From Pirellulales bacterium (GTDB taxonomy: Bacteria; Planctomycetota; Planctomycetia; Pirellulales; JAICIG01): a DNA stretch of 64,000 nucleotides. The first letter of the stretch is position 1. Each line of letters starts with the position of its first letter. A program made the position numbers and the translations under genes. A model generated the notes under the pieces. The model made no database searches, was not told the DNA's origin, and saw only the letters and a program-made list of their open reading frames with translations. The DNA lies in assembly GCA_040901675.1 (NCBI GenBank), contig JBBDYJ010000041.1:180700-244699 (forward strand), given 5' to 3'. Shown here piece by piece: positions 20,631 to 30,825 of this stretch.

Positions 20631-21428
20631 TTACGACCCACCGTCAAGGGCCTCGACTTCTTCGCCCTTGCCGCGTATCGGCCCGGCCCATGGCGCCTCC
20701 AGCGGTAGAATCAGCTTGATGCCCGCAATCACCAGCACCACCGCCAGCAATCGCCGTAGCGCGGGGCTGCCCAGACGCCGGCTGCCCAACTCCGAACCGA
20801 TCAAACCACCCAGCACCGCCGCGATGGCCCAAGTGACCATCGCATCGGGCAGCCCCGCCGACTGCGTCAGCACGCCCAGCACGCCGGCAACCGAGTTGAC
20901 CAGCACGAACGCCGCCGATACCCCCGAAGCTTGTCGCACGTCCGCCCAGCCCATCAGAATCAACAGCGGCCCAAGGAAGATCCCGCCGCCGGTCCCCGTC
21001 AAACCGGACAGCAAACCGATCCCCGCGCCCAACAACAGCGACACCCAAACCGCGATCCCCCTCGTCGTCGCTTGCACCGGCCGGCCCATAAGACGCCAGG
21101 CCGCGAACAACAGCGCCAGGCCCACTATCGGCTTGTACAAAGCGCCGGGCAACGCCAGCGTCCCGCCCAGAAACGCCAGCGGGACCGACGCCACCGCAAA
21201 TGGCCAGAAGATCGGCCAGCAGAAGTAGCCGGCCCGGTAGAATCGAACGCTGGCGATGCTCGCCACCAGGATGTTCAAGATCAAGGCTGCCGGCCGCATC
21301 GTCTCGGGAGCCACGCCGAACAGCGCCATGGCCGCCAGGTAGCCCGATGCCCCCGCATGCCCTACCGATGAATACAGCAGCGCCGCCGCGAAGATGCAAA
21401 GCGTCAGTGCCAGCTCGGACATGCCCAT
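20631..21428 (-). CDS. sulfite exporter TauE/SafE family protein
   Basis: YSSVGHAGASGY and GLTGTGGGIFL motifs. Confidence 0.9.
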   Translation of the reverse strand: MGMSELALTLCIFAAALLYSSVGHAGASGYLAAMALFGVAPETMRPAALILNILVASIASVRFYRAGYFCWPIFWPFAVASVPLAFLGGTLALPGALYKPIVGLALLFAAWRLMGRPVQATTRGIAVWVSLLLGAGIGLLSGLTGTGGGIFLGPLLILMGWADVRQASGVSAAFVLVNSVAGVLGVLTQSAGLPDAMVTWAIAAVLGGLIGSELGSRRLGSPALRRLLAVVLVIAGIKLILPLEAPWAGPIRGKGEEVEALDGGS

Positions 21429-21649
21429 GGCAGGCCGCATTGTAACGAAGCCGCGGTAAACCCACGACGCGCTGGGGTCCATATTCCAAGCTTTGGCGTG
21501 CAGCAGCCAGTACCGCTGGCAGTCCAACGGTTTACGGCAATTCCCCACCGCGCCTCGTCCGTGCGTTAGAATCCGGAGTCCGGTAACAGGGCAGATTCGC
21601 CGATAATCGGACGCTTGGCAAACGGGCGGCGAGGAGGCAAGCTACTGCG

Positions 21650-21964
21650 ATGCACAGTGAAGTCCGCCGGCGGATCGAGCAACTGGCCGATGATGACGGC
21701 GCGGTTCGCCAGCAGGCGGCCGCGGCACTAGGCGAAATGGCAGAAAAGGCTGCCGCGGCAGTGCCCGCGCTGATCAAGGCCCTGGGCGACCGCTCGGCCG
21801 GCGTCCGCCGCCGGGCGGCCGTGGCCTTGGGGCAGCTCGGCCCGCGGGCCCGCGAAGCCCTGCCCGCCCTGACCAGGGCACAGAACGACCCGATCCACAC
21901 CGTCCGCGGCGCCGCCTGGGACGCGCTGGCCAAGGTCCGCGCTTCAACCCCACCCGACGATTGA
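21650..21964 (+). CDS. small HEAT-repeat protein
   Basis: VRQQAAAALG and VRRRAAVALG repeats. Confidence 0.8.
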   Translation: MHSEVRRRIEQLADDDGAVRQQAAAALGEMAEKAAAAVPALIKALGDRSAGVRRRAAVALGQLGPRAREALPALTRAQNDPIHTVRGAAWDALAKVRASTPPDD

Positions 21965-21993
21965 ACGAAACGGATGGGCTGTAGGCTGTAGAA

Positions 21994-22081
21994 GTCATTG
22001 GTCATTGGTGTCTTTGGTCACTGGTGTCACTGGTCGCTCGTCACAAATGACAAATGACAAATGACAAATGACAAATGACAA
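21994..22081. repeat. heptamer tandem repeats (GTCATTG-type / ACAAATG x5.5) in inverted arrangement
   Basis: Seen directly, between convergent genes. Confidence 0.85.
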
Positions 22082-22085
22082 GGGC

Positions 22086-22844
22086 TCACTCTTCCCAGCC
22101 GGCGCCGCTCCAGCCAACGACCCGCTCCAGGAAGGCGGCCACGTCGTCGGAAAAAACGCGGAACAGCGTCTCGCCCTTCTCGGCGGTGGCGGCGGCCGGG
22201 TTGCCGATATGACCCGGCTCGCTGCGGTCCTTCGTGATCCAGCCCCGCGTGGCGGGCTCGAAGGCCGTGCCGAACTCCACCGGCTCGATGCCCCGCAAAT
22301 CGCCCACCAGGTGCGGCGCCAGCCGCAGAATCATCGAAGTCTCCCACTCGCAGGCGTGTCCCATCCGCTGTTGGCCGATGCTCCGATCAACCTCGTGAGG
22401 CTTGCCCCCCAGCGTCCAGTAGGTGGCGAACAGCAGCAGCAGGTCCTCGCGCTGCCGGTGCCGCTGACGCACTTCGAACACCGCCTGCTGGCCCGGCACG
22501 ATGTTGCCGCCGTGCCCGTTCACGATTACCAGCCGGCGGAAGCCGTGCGCCAGCAGGTTCTCCAGCAGCTCGCCCAACAGGTCCAGGTAGCTCCGGGGGC
22601 GGGCTGACAGCGTCCCGGCAAAATCGAGATGGTGATCGGAGTTGCCCAGCCACATCAGCGGGGCGAACAGCACGCGGCCGGCCAGTCGCTCGGACACCCG
22701 CCGCACCACCTCGCCCAGCAGCATGCTGTCGGTGAACACCGGCAGATGCCGCCCATGCTGCTCCAGCGCCGCCACCGGCATCACCACCGGCACGTCCTTG
22801 GACAACTCGGCCACCTGCGGCCATTTCATTTCCGCAAGCTGCAC
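22086..22844 (-). CDS. creatininase family protein
   Basis: EQHGRHLP, NGHGGN and HACEWETS motifs. Confidence 0.9.
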   Translation of the reverse strand: MQLAEMKWPQVAELSKDVPVVMPVAALEQHGRHLPVFTDSMLLGEVVRRVSERLAGRVLFAPLMWLGNSDHHLDFAGTLSARPRSYLDLLGELLENLLAHGFRRLVIVNGHGGNIVPGQQAVFEVRQRHRQREDLLLLFATYWTLGGKPHEVDRSIGQQRMGHACEWETSMILRLAPHLVGDLRGIEPVEFGTAFEPATRGWITKDRSEPGHIGNPAAATAEKGETLFRVFSDDVAAFLERVVGWSGAGWEE

Positions 22845-22974
22845 GGCAACCTCCGCGGTTCAGGCTCGATCCCCTTGAATTGTTAAAAGTGAAGCATAGT
22901 CTGACGCGGCCGCGGCCGTACAACAAGTTGCCGCAAGTCGCCGTGTACACGCCGTATGCCGCGGCCGGCCGGTG

Positions 22975-22997
22975 GACGGCACGCGGAGCGTGCCTAC
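22975..22997 (-). repeat. GTAG-type REP sequence
   Basis: GTAGGCACGCTCCGCGTGCCGTC hairpin; sibling copy at 55991. Confidence 0.7.
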
Positions 22998-23026
22998 TGC
23001 TTTTACCCTTTCGCCCCCAACCGGCG

Positions 23027-23056
23027 TTGACCGCCTGCCACAGGCTGCCCTAAGGT
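23027..23056 (+). promoter_or_regulatory. sigma70-like promoter of a leaderless gene
   Basis: TTGACC-18 nt-TAAGGT, with ATG 6 nt downstream. Confidence 0.45.
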
Positions 23057-23062
23057 TACACC

Positions 23063-24358
23063 ATGACAATCGTGCTCTTCGAGGACGACAAGGTGACACA
23101 GCTTTATCCGGTCACCGTCGGCCGCCCCGCTTTCAACATTGGCTGTGGCTCGTACCGCCTCCTCGACCTGGTGGCCGGCCTGGGACACTCGGTGCGGGTT
23201 CAGGTCAGGCCGCATTTGCGGCAACTGGCCGAGCAGGACCAGCTCGGGTCGACGTTGCAGGCGGTATCGGCCGCCGATCGCGTCGCCCTGCTCAACGGCC
23301 GGCTGGTCCCCTCGGTGTCGGCCATCGACGAGGTGAAACGCCTGCTCGACGCCGGCAGGCCGGGCCTGGTTTACGCCGCCGGCCCGGCGGCAGGCGACAA
23401 GTCCTCGCGCGCCCATGCAGGGGCAACGGCGCTGGACGAAGTGGCCCTGGCGCTGCTGCCCGCCGGCACGCCGCCTCCCCCGGACGACGCCACGCCCCGG
23501 CAATTGGCCGAGTATCTGCACGCACCGCCGCTGGATCCCCTCGAAGCCCGTCCGCTGGCCCTCTTCGACTATCCGCACGACATCATCCGGCATCACCTGG
23601 CGATCCTGGTAGCCAACCTGGAGCACCGGCTGGCCACGGGCAACTATCAAGAGCTGGCCGATGGAGTCTTTGCCGGCGCGGAAGCCCGCTTGGGCCAGTA
23701 CGTCGTCACCGACACCCGCAACGGGCCGATCGTGCTCGAAGAGCGGGCCTCGATCGGCCCGCACTGCTTTCTGAGCGGCCCGGCCCACGTGGGGGCCGCC
23801 GCCCGGGTCATCGAGCACGCCGCCATCAAAGACTCGGTGGCCCTGGGGCACACGACCAAGATCGGCGGCGAGGTCGAAGGCTCGGTCATCGAGCCGTACA
23901 CCAACAAGCAGCACCATGGCTTCCTGGGGCACAGCTACCTGGGCAGTTGGATCAACCTGGGGGCCGGCACCTGCAACAGCGACTTGAAGAACACCTATGG
24001 GCAGGTCAACATGGAGTACAACGGCCGCAAAGTGCCCACGGCCATGCAGTTTTTGGGCTGTATCGTGGGCGACTATGCCAAGACGGCCATCAACACCGGC
24101 ATTTTTACGGGAAAGACAATCGGCACGTGCAGCATGGTGTATGGGTTCGTGACGACCAACGTGCCCAGCTTCACCAACTATGCCCGCTCCTTCGGCCAAG
24201 TGACCGAAGCCCCGGTCGAGGTGATGGTGGCCACCCAGGCCCGCATGTTCGCCCGCCGCAACGTCGAGCAACGCCCCTGCGACGTGCAGCTCTTGCACGA
24301 CATGTACGAGATCACCCGCCACGAGCGGCGGATAGCCGGCGAGCCGCTGTCTCTCTAA
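23063..24358 (+). CDS. GlmU-related sugar nucleotidyl/acetyltransferase
   Basis: Left-handed beta-helix; NKQHHGFLGHSYLGSWINLGAGT, SDLKNTYG. Confidence 0.85.
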   Translation: MTIVLFEDDKVTQLYPVTVGRPAFNIGCGSYRLLDLVAGLGHSVRVQVRPHLRQLAEQDQLGSTLQAVSAADRVALLNGRLVPSVSAIDEVKRLLDAGRPGLVYAAGPAAGDKSSRAHAGATALDEVALALLPAGTPPPPDDATPRQLAEYLHAPPLDPLEARPLALFDYPHDIIRHHLAILVANLEHRLATGNYQELADGVFAGAEARLGQYVVTDTRNGPIVLEERASIGPHCFLSGPAHVGAAARVIEHAAIKDSVALGHTTKIGGEVEGSVIEPYTNKQHHGFLGHSYLGSWINLGAGTCNSDLKNTYGQVNMEYNGRKVPTAMQFLGCIVGDYAKTAINTGIFTGKTIGTCSMVYGFVTTNVPSFTNYARSFGQVTEAPVEVMVATQARMFARRNVEQRPCDVQLLHDMYEITRHERRIAGEPLSL

Positions 24359-24399
24359 TCAACTTGTCGCTGTAGTCAAGCACTCCCTCCGACCCCTTC

Positions 24400-25281
24400 A
24401 TGAAAGTTTCCGCCGCCTACGGCACCAATAAGTTCGGCCTGTCGTTCGAGCTGTTCCCTCCCAAAACCGTGGCCGGCGAGGAGGAGCTGTTCAGGCATCT
24501 GGTGGAGCTGGCTGGTTTCGAGCCGGCCTTCATCACTTGCACCTACGGGGCCGGCGGTTCCACGCGCCACAAGACGCTGGAGATCGTGACCCGCGTCCGC
24601 GAGCGGTTCGGCTGCCCCGTGGCCTCGCACCTGACCTGCGTCGGCTCGACCGCCGACGACCTGCGGGCCTACCTGCGCGAGGCGCACGGCCGGGGAATCC
24701 AGAACATCGTGGCGCTGCGGGGCGACCCCCCCAAAGGCGAGAACCAGTTCAAGCCGGTGCCCGGCGGACTCTGCTATGCCAACGAGCTGGTCGGCCTGAT
24801 CCGGGGCGAGTTTCCCCAGTTCGGCGTGGCCGTGGCCGGCTATCCGGAAAAGCACCAGGAAGCCCCCAGCGAGCAGGCCGACCTCGAAAACCTCAAGCGC
24901 AAGGTCGACGCCGGCGCCGACGTCGTGATTACGCAGCTCTTCTACGCCAACGCCGACTTCTTCCGCTTTCGCGACCGCTGCCAGGCCCTCGGCATCCGCG
25001 TGCCGATCGTCCCCGGCTTGCTGCCGGTGACCAACCTGGCCCAGATCCGCCGCATCACTTCGCTGTGCGGCGCCCGGCTGCCGGCCACGTTCGTAAGCGA
25101 CCTGGAGGCGAGCGACAATCCGGACGAACAGTTCGAGGTGGGAGTCGAGTTCGCCACGCGGCAAGTCCAGGAGCTGATCGACCGGGGCGTGCCGGGAATC
25201 CACTTCTACGTCTTAAACAAGTCGCAGGCCACCGCCCGCGTCCTGCGCTCCCTGCGGCCCGCCACGCCCCCCAACCCCTGA
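24400..25281 (+). CDS. metF: 5,10-methylenetetrahydrofolate reductase
   Basis: SFELFPPK, TYGAGG, HLTCVG, ALRGD and ITQLFY motifs. Confidence 0.95.
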   Translation: MKVSAAYGTNKFGLSFELFPPKTVAGEEELFRHLVELAGFEPAFITCTYGAGGSTRHKTLEIVTRVRERFGCPVASHLTCVGSTADDLRAYLREAHGRGIQNIVALRGDPPKGENQFKPVPGGLCYANELVGLIRGEFPQFGVAVAGYPEKHQEAPSEQADLENLKRKVDAGADVVITQLFYANADFFRFRDRCQALGIRVPIVPGLLPVTNLAQIRRITSLCGARLPATFVSDLEASDNPDEQFEVGVEFATRQVQELIDRGVPGIHFYVLNKSQATARVLRSLRPATPPNP

Positions 25282-25320
25282 CCTCTGACTTCTGACCTCT
25301 GACCTCTGCCTTCTGCCTCC
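25278..25320. repeat. CTGACCT/CTGACTT heptamer tandem repeat
   Basis: Seen directly after the metF stop. Confidence 0.8.
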
Positions 25321-25452
25321 TCGTCTTCGTCTCCCCCCTTCCCCCCTTCCTCTCATCCTCTCCCTATTTCGGCCTTCCTCCCTACCAGCGGCACGCTATC
25401 ATTATTTGGGTCCTCTTAAGCGACTTTTTTGAGTGCCACCCCGGCCCGGGCC

Positions 25453-26454
25453 GATCTGAGAAAAATGCAACGAAAACCTCGCTACTGCGCCTGGCTGCTG
25501 AGCATGCTCGTCTTGCTCCCCGGCCTGTTGGTCTCGCCCGCCGCGGCCCAGGACCACTTTTTCGACTCCGACGGTGTGCGGCTGCGCTACCTGGTCGAGG
25601 GCGAGGGAGAGCCGGTGGTGCTCCTGCACGGCCTGGTGGGCAACGTCTATTTGCAGTGGAAGCTGCCGGGCATCATGACTGCCTTGGCCCAGGACTACCA
25701 GGTGATCGCCCTGGACCAGCGGGCGCACGGCCGCAGCGGCAGCCCGCGCGACCCGGCGGAGTACGGCGTGGAGATGGTCGAGGACGTGGTGCGGCTGCTC
25801 GACCACTTGAAGATCGAACGGGCCCACGTGGTCGGCTACTCGATGGGCGGCTTCGTTGCCGCCAAGCTGGTGACGCTGCACCCCGATCGCCTGCTCACGG
25901 CAACGCTGGGCGGCGCCGGCTGGTCCAAGGCCGACGACGTGCGGGCCGGCTTCATGGGCGAGCTGGCCGAGAGCCTCGACCGCGGGCAGGGCATCCGCCC
26001 GCTGCTGGTGCGGCTGACGCCTCCCGGCAGGCGGCTCCCCTCCGAGGAGCGTTTGCGCTTCGTCACCCACCTCTTGAACTGGACGCACGATACCAAGGCG
26101 CTGGCCGCCCTCGTGCGAGGCATGGATCAACTTTGCATCGAAGAAGAGCAGCTCCGCGCCAACCACGTCCCCACGCTGGCCATCGTGGGCGAAAGCGACC
26201 CGCTCAAGATCACGGTCGACGAGCTGGTCGGCGTCATGAGCAACCTGGAGACAGTGGTTCTGGCCGGGGCCGACCACATGGACGCCTTTGCCCAGCCGGA
26301 GTTCGTCCATAGTCTGAAGGCCTTCCTGGCACGCCACGCCTTGGCGGCCGTCCAAGGCGATCAGGCGGACATGGATGAACATCGCACGGCAGAAGTCCCA
26401 GCTCCGTCGAAGCCTGGATCAACCCAGCGACAGGCGGGGAGCGTGGGGCGGTAA
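25453..26454 (+). CDS. secreted alpha/beta hydrolase
   Basis: LLHG and GYSMGG motifs; signal peptide. Confidence 0.9.
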   Translation, partial: DLRKMQRKPRYCAWLLSMLVLLPGLLVSPAAAQDHFFDSDGVRLRYLVEGEGEPVVLLHGLVGNVYLQWKLPGIMTALAQDYQVIALDQRAHGRSGSPRDPAEYGVEMVEDVVRLLDHLKIERAHVVGYSMGGFVAAKLVTLHPDRLLTATLGGAGWSKADDVRAGFMGELAESLDRGQGIRPLLVRLTPPGRRLPSEERLRFVTHLLNWTHDTKALAALVRGMDQLCIEEEQLRANHVPTLAIVGESDPLKITVDELVGVMSNLETVVLAGADHMDAFAQPEFVHSLKAFLARHALAAVQGDQADMDEHRTAEVPAPSKPGSTQRQAGSVGR

Positions 26455-26590
26455 CTTGGCCCGCCTTCTCCATGCCGCTTCGTCATCCTCGCCATCCCCT
26501 CAGGGCGACATTGCAAGCCTCTGCCCCGCGGCGTTAGACTGTTGGCCACGCTAAGCTTGCGGTTGGTCACTCGGCCGGCGGGAGAGCAAC

Positions 26591-26839
26591 GTGGGCGAAC
26601 AACAGCCTATTCAGTTCTCGCTGACGCAGATCTTCATTCTGACGGCCGTCATCGGCGCCATCATCTCGGTCGTCAAGCCTCCCTCGCTCATTCCCATGGT
26701 CTTGCTGGCCGTGCTTTACGCCTTGGCCACCTTGCTGCTCTGGACTGGACTCATGCTCTGCGGACGGCTGATCATCCTGGCGGTCGGCGCGCTGGCCAAC
26801 GCTTCGATCGGCTTCTGGCGGCGGGGGGGCGGCCGCTAG
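26591..26839 (+). CDS. small membrane protein
   Basis: QFSLTQIF N-terminus; hydrophobic; GGGAG RBS. Confidence 0.6.
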   Translation: MGEQQPIQFSLTQIFILTAVIGAIISVVKPPSLIPMVLLAVLYALATLLLWTGLMLCGRLIILAVGALANASIGFWRRGGGR

Positions 26840-26894
26840 CGCGGCCCGCCTCCGAGTCGCCTCCTCCCTCCTTGACCTCCCCTTGGAGAACCCC

Positions 26895-28196
26895 ATGCCA
26901 AACCTCAATCGCCGCCAGTTTGTCCAGAGTGCTCTGGAAGGCGCCGCCGCACTGGCCACGGTCGCCGCCGTCGCCCGCCCGGCACGCGCCTTGGCCAACG
27001 ACGCCATCCACGTCGCCTTGATCGGCACGGGCGGGCGGTACCGGGCCTTCGTCCCCGAGCTGGCCGCCCGCAACGACACGCCGGTGGCGGCCGTCTGCGA
27101 CGTCGATCAGCGACGCGTCGCCGTCGCAGCCGACAATGTCGAGCGCGCCCAGGGCCGCCGCCCCGAACTCTACGGCGACTACCGCAAGCTCCTCGACGAT
27201 CCCTCGATCGACGCCGTGTTCGTCGCCACCACGCACCATTGGCACGCCCCGATCGCGGTGGCGGCCCTGGCGGCCGGCAAGGACGTCTACCTCGAAAAGC
27301 CGGGCTCGCACGTCTTCCGCGAGGGCCGGGCCATTGTCGACATGGCCGCCAAGCAGGGCCGCATCGTGCAGCACGGCACCCAGATGCGTTCCAGCGACGT
27401 CTTGGCCAAGGCGGGCCAGGTGCTTGCCTCGGGACTGCTGGGCGAGATCAAAATGGCCAAGGCCTGGAACGTGCAGCGCCGCGCCCATCCCGGCCCTCAG
27501 CCCGACGGCCAGCCGCCCGCCGGGGTCGACTACGACATGTGGCTCGGTCCCGCGCCCAAGCGTCCCTTCAATCCCAACCGCTTCCATGACAACTGGCACG
27601 CCTACCGCGACTACGGCAACGGCGACATCGGCAACGACGGCGCCCACGATCTCGACATGGCCCGCTGGGGGTTGGGTGTCGAGACGCATCCGATCCGGAT
27701 CACGGCCCATGGCAGCCGCGTCGACCCCAGCACGGGCGAGCGCGATTTTCCCGACAACACGATGGTTGCCTATCAATACGCCGACGGCCGGGTTTTGCTG
27801 TACGAGGACCGTCTCTGGACTCCCTACCGCATGGACGGCTTCGACAGCGGCAACGCCTTTTACGGCACCAAGGGCTACATGATCTTTTCCCGCCGCGGCT
27901 ACTTCCAAGCGTACCTCGGCATGCAGGACGAAAAGGGTCCCGGCCTCGAGCAGGGCGACACCGGAATGTCGGCCCACGTGGCCGACTTTCTCGACTGTCT
28001 TCGCAGCCGCCGCCAGCCCAACGCCTCGGCCCAGGTGACCCATCTCTCCTGCGGCCTGATCCATCTGGGCGAGGTCGCCTGCCGCGTCGGCCGCGTGATC
28101 CACTTCGATCCCCAGTCCGAGCAGATCCTCGCCGACGACGAGGCCAACGCCCTGTTGACCAAGGACTACCGCCACCCCTGGACGCTGCAGACGTAG
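26895..28196 (+). CDS. Gfo/Idh/MocA oxidoreductase with Tat signal
   Basis: NRRQFV, HWH, YLEKP and QHGTQMRS motifs. Confidence 0.9.
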   Translation: MPNLNRRQFVQSALEGAAALATVAAVARPARALANDAIHVALIGTGGRYRAFVPELAARNDTPVAAVCDVDQRRVAVAADNVERAQGRRPELYGDYRKLLDDPSIDAVFVATTHHWHAPIAVAALAAGKDVYLEKPGSHVFREGRAIVDMAAKQGRIVQHGTQMRSSDVLAKAGQVLASGLLGEIKMAKAWNVQRRAHPGPQPDGQPPAGVDYDMWLGPAPKRPFNPNRFHDNWHAYRDYGNGDIGNDGAHDLDMARWGLGVETHPIRITAHGSRVDPSTGERDFPDNTMVAYQYADGRVLLYEDRLWTPYRMDGFDSGNAFYGTKGYMIFSRRGYFQAYLGMQDEKGPGLEQGDTGMSAHVADFLDCLRSRRQPNASAQVTHLSCGLIHLGEVACRVGRVIHFDPQSEQILADDEANALLTKDYRHPWTLQT

Positions 28197-28259
28197 TCTA
28201 TACTGGTTGCCCAAGGTACTGCGAGTTGAAGAGGGCCCCCCTGGGCCAGGAGGAATGCT

Positions 28260-28811
28260 GTGCAGGTAAGTCTCGTTAGTCTCGTGTTGCCGATCATCGT
28301 CTCCAGCGTGGCGTTGTTTTTCGCCAGCTTTTTGTCGTGGATGGTCTTGCCGTTCCACCGCAAGGATTGGGTCAAGCTGGAAAAGGAAGACGATTTCCTG
28401 GAGGCCGTGAGGAAAAGCGCGATTCCCCGCGGCAGTTACATGTTCCCCTGCGCTCAGACGCCGGCCGAGATGAAGAGCGAAGAGCACGTGAAGAAATGGG
28501 AGTCCGGACCCTGCGGCGTGATCACCGTATTCCCGAAGGTGAACATGGGCCGCAACCTGGGGCTGCAGTTCCTGTATCTTCTGGTGGTCAGTTTCTTTCT
28601 CGCTTATCTGGCGGCGCTAGCTATCCAGCCAGGAGCCGATTTCATGACGGTCTTCCGCTTCGTCTCCACGGCCGCGTTCATGGCCTTCTTGGCCGGCATC
28701 GTGCAGCACGCCATCTGGTTTCACGCCCGCATCGTGGGGCACGTCATCGAGTCGGTGGCCTACGCCGCGATCGCCGGCGCCGTATTCGCGGCGCTCTGGC
28801 CCGGCACTTGA
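28260..28811 (+). CDS. conserved membrane protein
   Basis: Four TM segments; WMVLPFH; GSYMFP. Confidence 0.75.
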   Translation: MQVSLVSLVLPIIVSSVALFFASFLSWMVLPFHRKDWVKLEKEDDFLEAVRKSAIPRGSYMFPCAQTPAEMKSEEHVKKWESGPCGVITVFPKVNMGRNLGLQFLYLLVVSFFLAYLAALAIQPGADFMTVFRFVSTAAFMAFLAGIVQHAIWFHARIVGHVIESVAYAAIAGAVFAALWPGT

Positions 28812-29309
28812 CCTCCCGCCTGAGTGCCGCAACCTCGGCAACACGCCGACATGGCAATCGAGCAGCCTGCGATCATGCTCGCACTCATCGCCGGCCCTCG
28901 GCGCTCAAGTCCTTGATCCGCAGGCCTCGGAGACAGTGCATAACCACGCCCTCCGCGATTGGATTGGCCTGCGACTAGTCTAAATCCTATGCAACCATCT
29001 GAGTTGTCAAGGTGTCGCCGTGCCGCGAGTTTGACGGCCGGCGGGCGGCTGGCTAAAATCGCTCTCCATCTCCTCCAAGCCGAATGGGAAACAAAACACC
29101 TGTCGCGCCCTTGGGTTTCCCGCTGCGAAGGCCTTGCGATGCGATTGCCGACATCCTACACCGCCCGCCGAGCGCCGGGCGCCCGGCCGGCGTTCATCCC
29201 CCAGACGACGGTCGAAGTACCTTACCCCCATCCACATGGAGGCAGACGGTATTAGCCGCAGTCTCCCTGTCTGATCGTTCGCGCACTCCGATCGGCGAGA
29301 CACGCGGCC

Positions 29310-29879
29310 GTGCTGAGCACCATGGATTTTCGCGAAATGGCCCGGGACCCGCGGCATCGCCGCGGCTTCGAAAAGCTGTTGTATCTGGCCGCCAAGCGCG
29401 GCGACGCCGACCTGGTGTCCGAGCGGCTTGGCTGGGGCATCGACCCCAACTGCGCGTCCAGCAGCGGCCGCACCCCGCTGATCGCCAACGTGCGCGGCTC
29501 GTCCCCCAGTCCGGCGACGGTCCTGGCCCTGCTCGCCGGCGGCGGCGACCCCAGCCTCACGGACGCAACAGGCCTCACGGCCCTGGACTACGCCCGCCGC
29601 AAGCTGGCGCGGCTGCAGGCGCGGCCTCGGCGACCTCGCCGCAAGTCTCCCTCGCTCGACGAAAACGACCAACTCCGCCTGGATCGCGATGAGCAGGCCG
29701 AGCTCGACGAGATGCGCCGCGAGCTGGCCGGCGAAGACGCGGCTGATTTTCTCCGCATCTGGTGGAAGGAGCGGTTGCGGGCGGCGCGCCGGACGTTCAA
29801 CGACCCGGACCAGGTGGAGAAGATCGTGGAGATTCTGGAAGCGGCCGGCGGACCGCGTCTTTCTCCAGAACACTCTTGA
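29310..29879 (+). CDS. ankyrin-repeat protein
   Basis: LYLAAKRGD, GRTPL and GLTALDYA motifs. Confidence 0.7.
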   Translation: MLSTMDFREMARDPRHRRGFEKLLYLAAKRGDADLVSERLGWGIDPNCASSSGRTPLIANVRGSSPSPATVLALLAGGGDPSLTDATGLTALDYARRKLARLQARPRRPRRKSPSLDENDQLRLDRDEQAELDEMRRELAGEDAADFLRIWWKERLRAARRTFNDPDQVEKIVEILEAAGGPRLSPEHS

Positions 29880-30726
29880 GTGTCCGCAGGTCGCGCTGGA
29901 CCATGCCGGCATCCTCGGCGAACTTCTGGTCGGACATCTCGGGCAACCGCAACAGCGTGAACGTCACTTCGCTCCCCGCGCCGTTCGGGACGACCCGCAT
30001 CGGGTTCAGAATCTCGACGCCCGGCGCCGGCCTGACGAAGTGATCGAGCACCCCCAACTCGTTCGCCGGAACAAACTCGATCCCCACGGGGCCGGCGGGC
30101 GTTTCGGCGACCCACCCGCTGCTCGTCTTGCTAACCGAGCGAACGAAGGCAGTTGCCCACTTCGGCAGGTTCTCGGGGTTCGAGACGAATGCGTACACCC
30201 GCTCGGCCGGGCAGTCGATTGAGACGCTCAGCGTTTTGGATTTGTGACTCGCCATCCCGGCCAGAATCTGCCTGATCGCGCCGAGGTGGTACGCGGTGTG
30301 GGCGGCGCTGGCCAGCGCGCCGGCTGCGGAGACGTCGTCCCACTCGGTGCGGCTGCTGGCGGCGCTCTGCCACGTCTCGGCTTCGTGACGGAGCCTGTCG
30401 CGCAACGTTCGCCACGGATCGACGGTGACGGTGGTGCGTTGCCAACTGGCGTTCCAGTCGGCGGTGGCCCACGGGTTCGCTTCGCCCGCGGCCCAGCGAT
30501 TCAGGAGAGTCAAGCCGTAGTGAACGTGATCGACGTGCGCGGCGATCGTCGTCTTGCCGGGCATAGGTCTGGTCGAAGCGGTGCCGGCGTCGATCGATTC
30601 AAGTTCTCGGAGCAGGCCGGGATCGCCCGGATTGAGCAGGTAGGCTTCGCCGCCGGGCGGGCCGTCAAAAATCTCCGTCAGCAGCTTGGACAGGGCCCGT
30701 TGAAAGATGGCGTCGGTCGTGTTCAT
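29797..30726 (-). CDS. DinB-like + SRPBCC in-frame fusion
   Basis: N-half IAAHVDH / HTAYHLGAIRQ; C-half VYAFVSNPENLPKWA, GVLDH, MRVVPNG. Confidence 0.75.
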   Translation of the reverse strand: MNTTDAIFQRALSKLLTEIFDGPPGGEAYLLNPGDPGLLRELESIDAGTASTRPMPGKTTIAAHVDHVHYGLTLLNRWAAGEANPWATADWNASWQRTTVTVDPWRTLRDRLRHEAETWQSAASSRTEWDDVSAAGALASAAHTAYHLGAIRQILAGMASHKSKTLSVSIDCPAERVYAFVSNPENLPKWATAFVRSVSKTSSGWVAETPAGPVGIEFVPANELGVLDHFVRPAPGVEILNPMRVVPNGAGSEVTFTLLRLPEMSDQKFAEDAGMVQRDLRTLKSVLEKDAVRRPLPESPRSSPPGPGR

Positions 30727-30825
30727 CGATTCTCCCGTGCACGTGCGTCTTCTTGTGACCTGCCGAGGGGGCGCGGGCCTCGCAATGGCCGGACTTCACC
30801 CATGCCCCCGGGGTCGTCCGGCCGC

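Noticed and set aside
28959..29255. small ORF or ncRNA upstream of the ankyrin gene
   Set aside because: No motif, RBS or structure strong enough to support a call.
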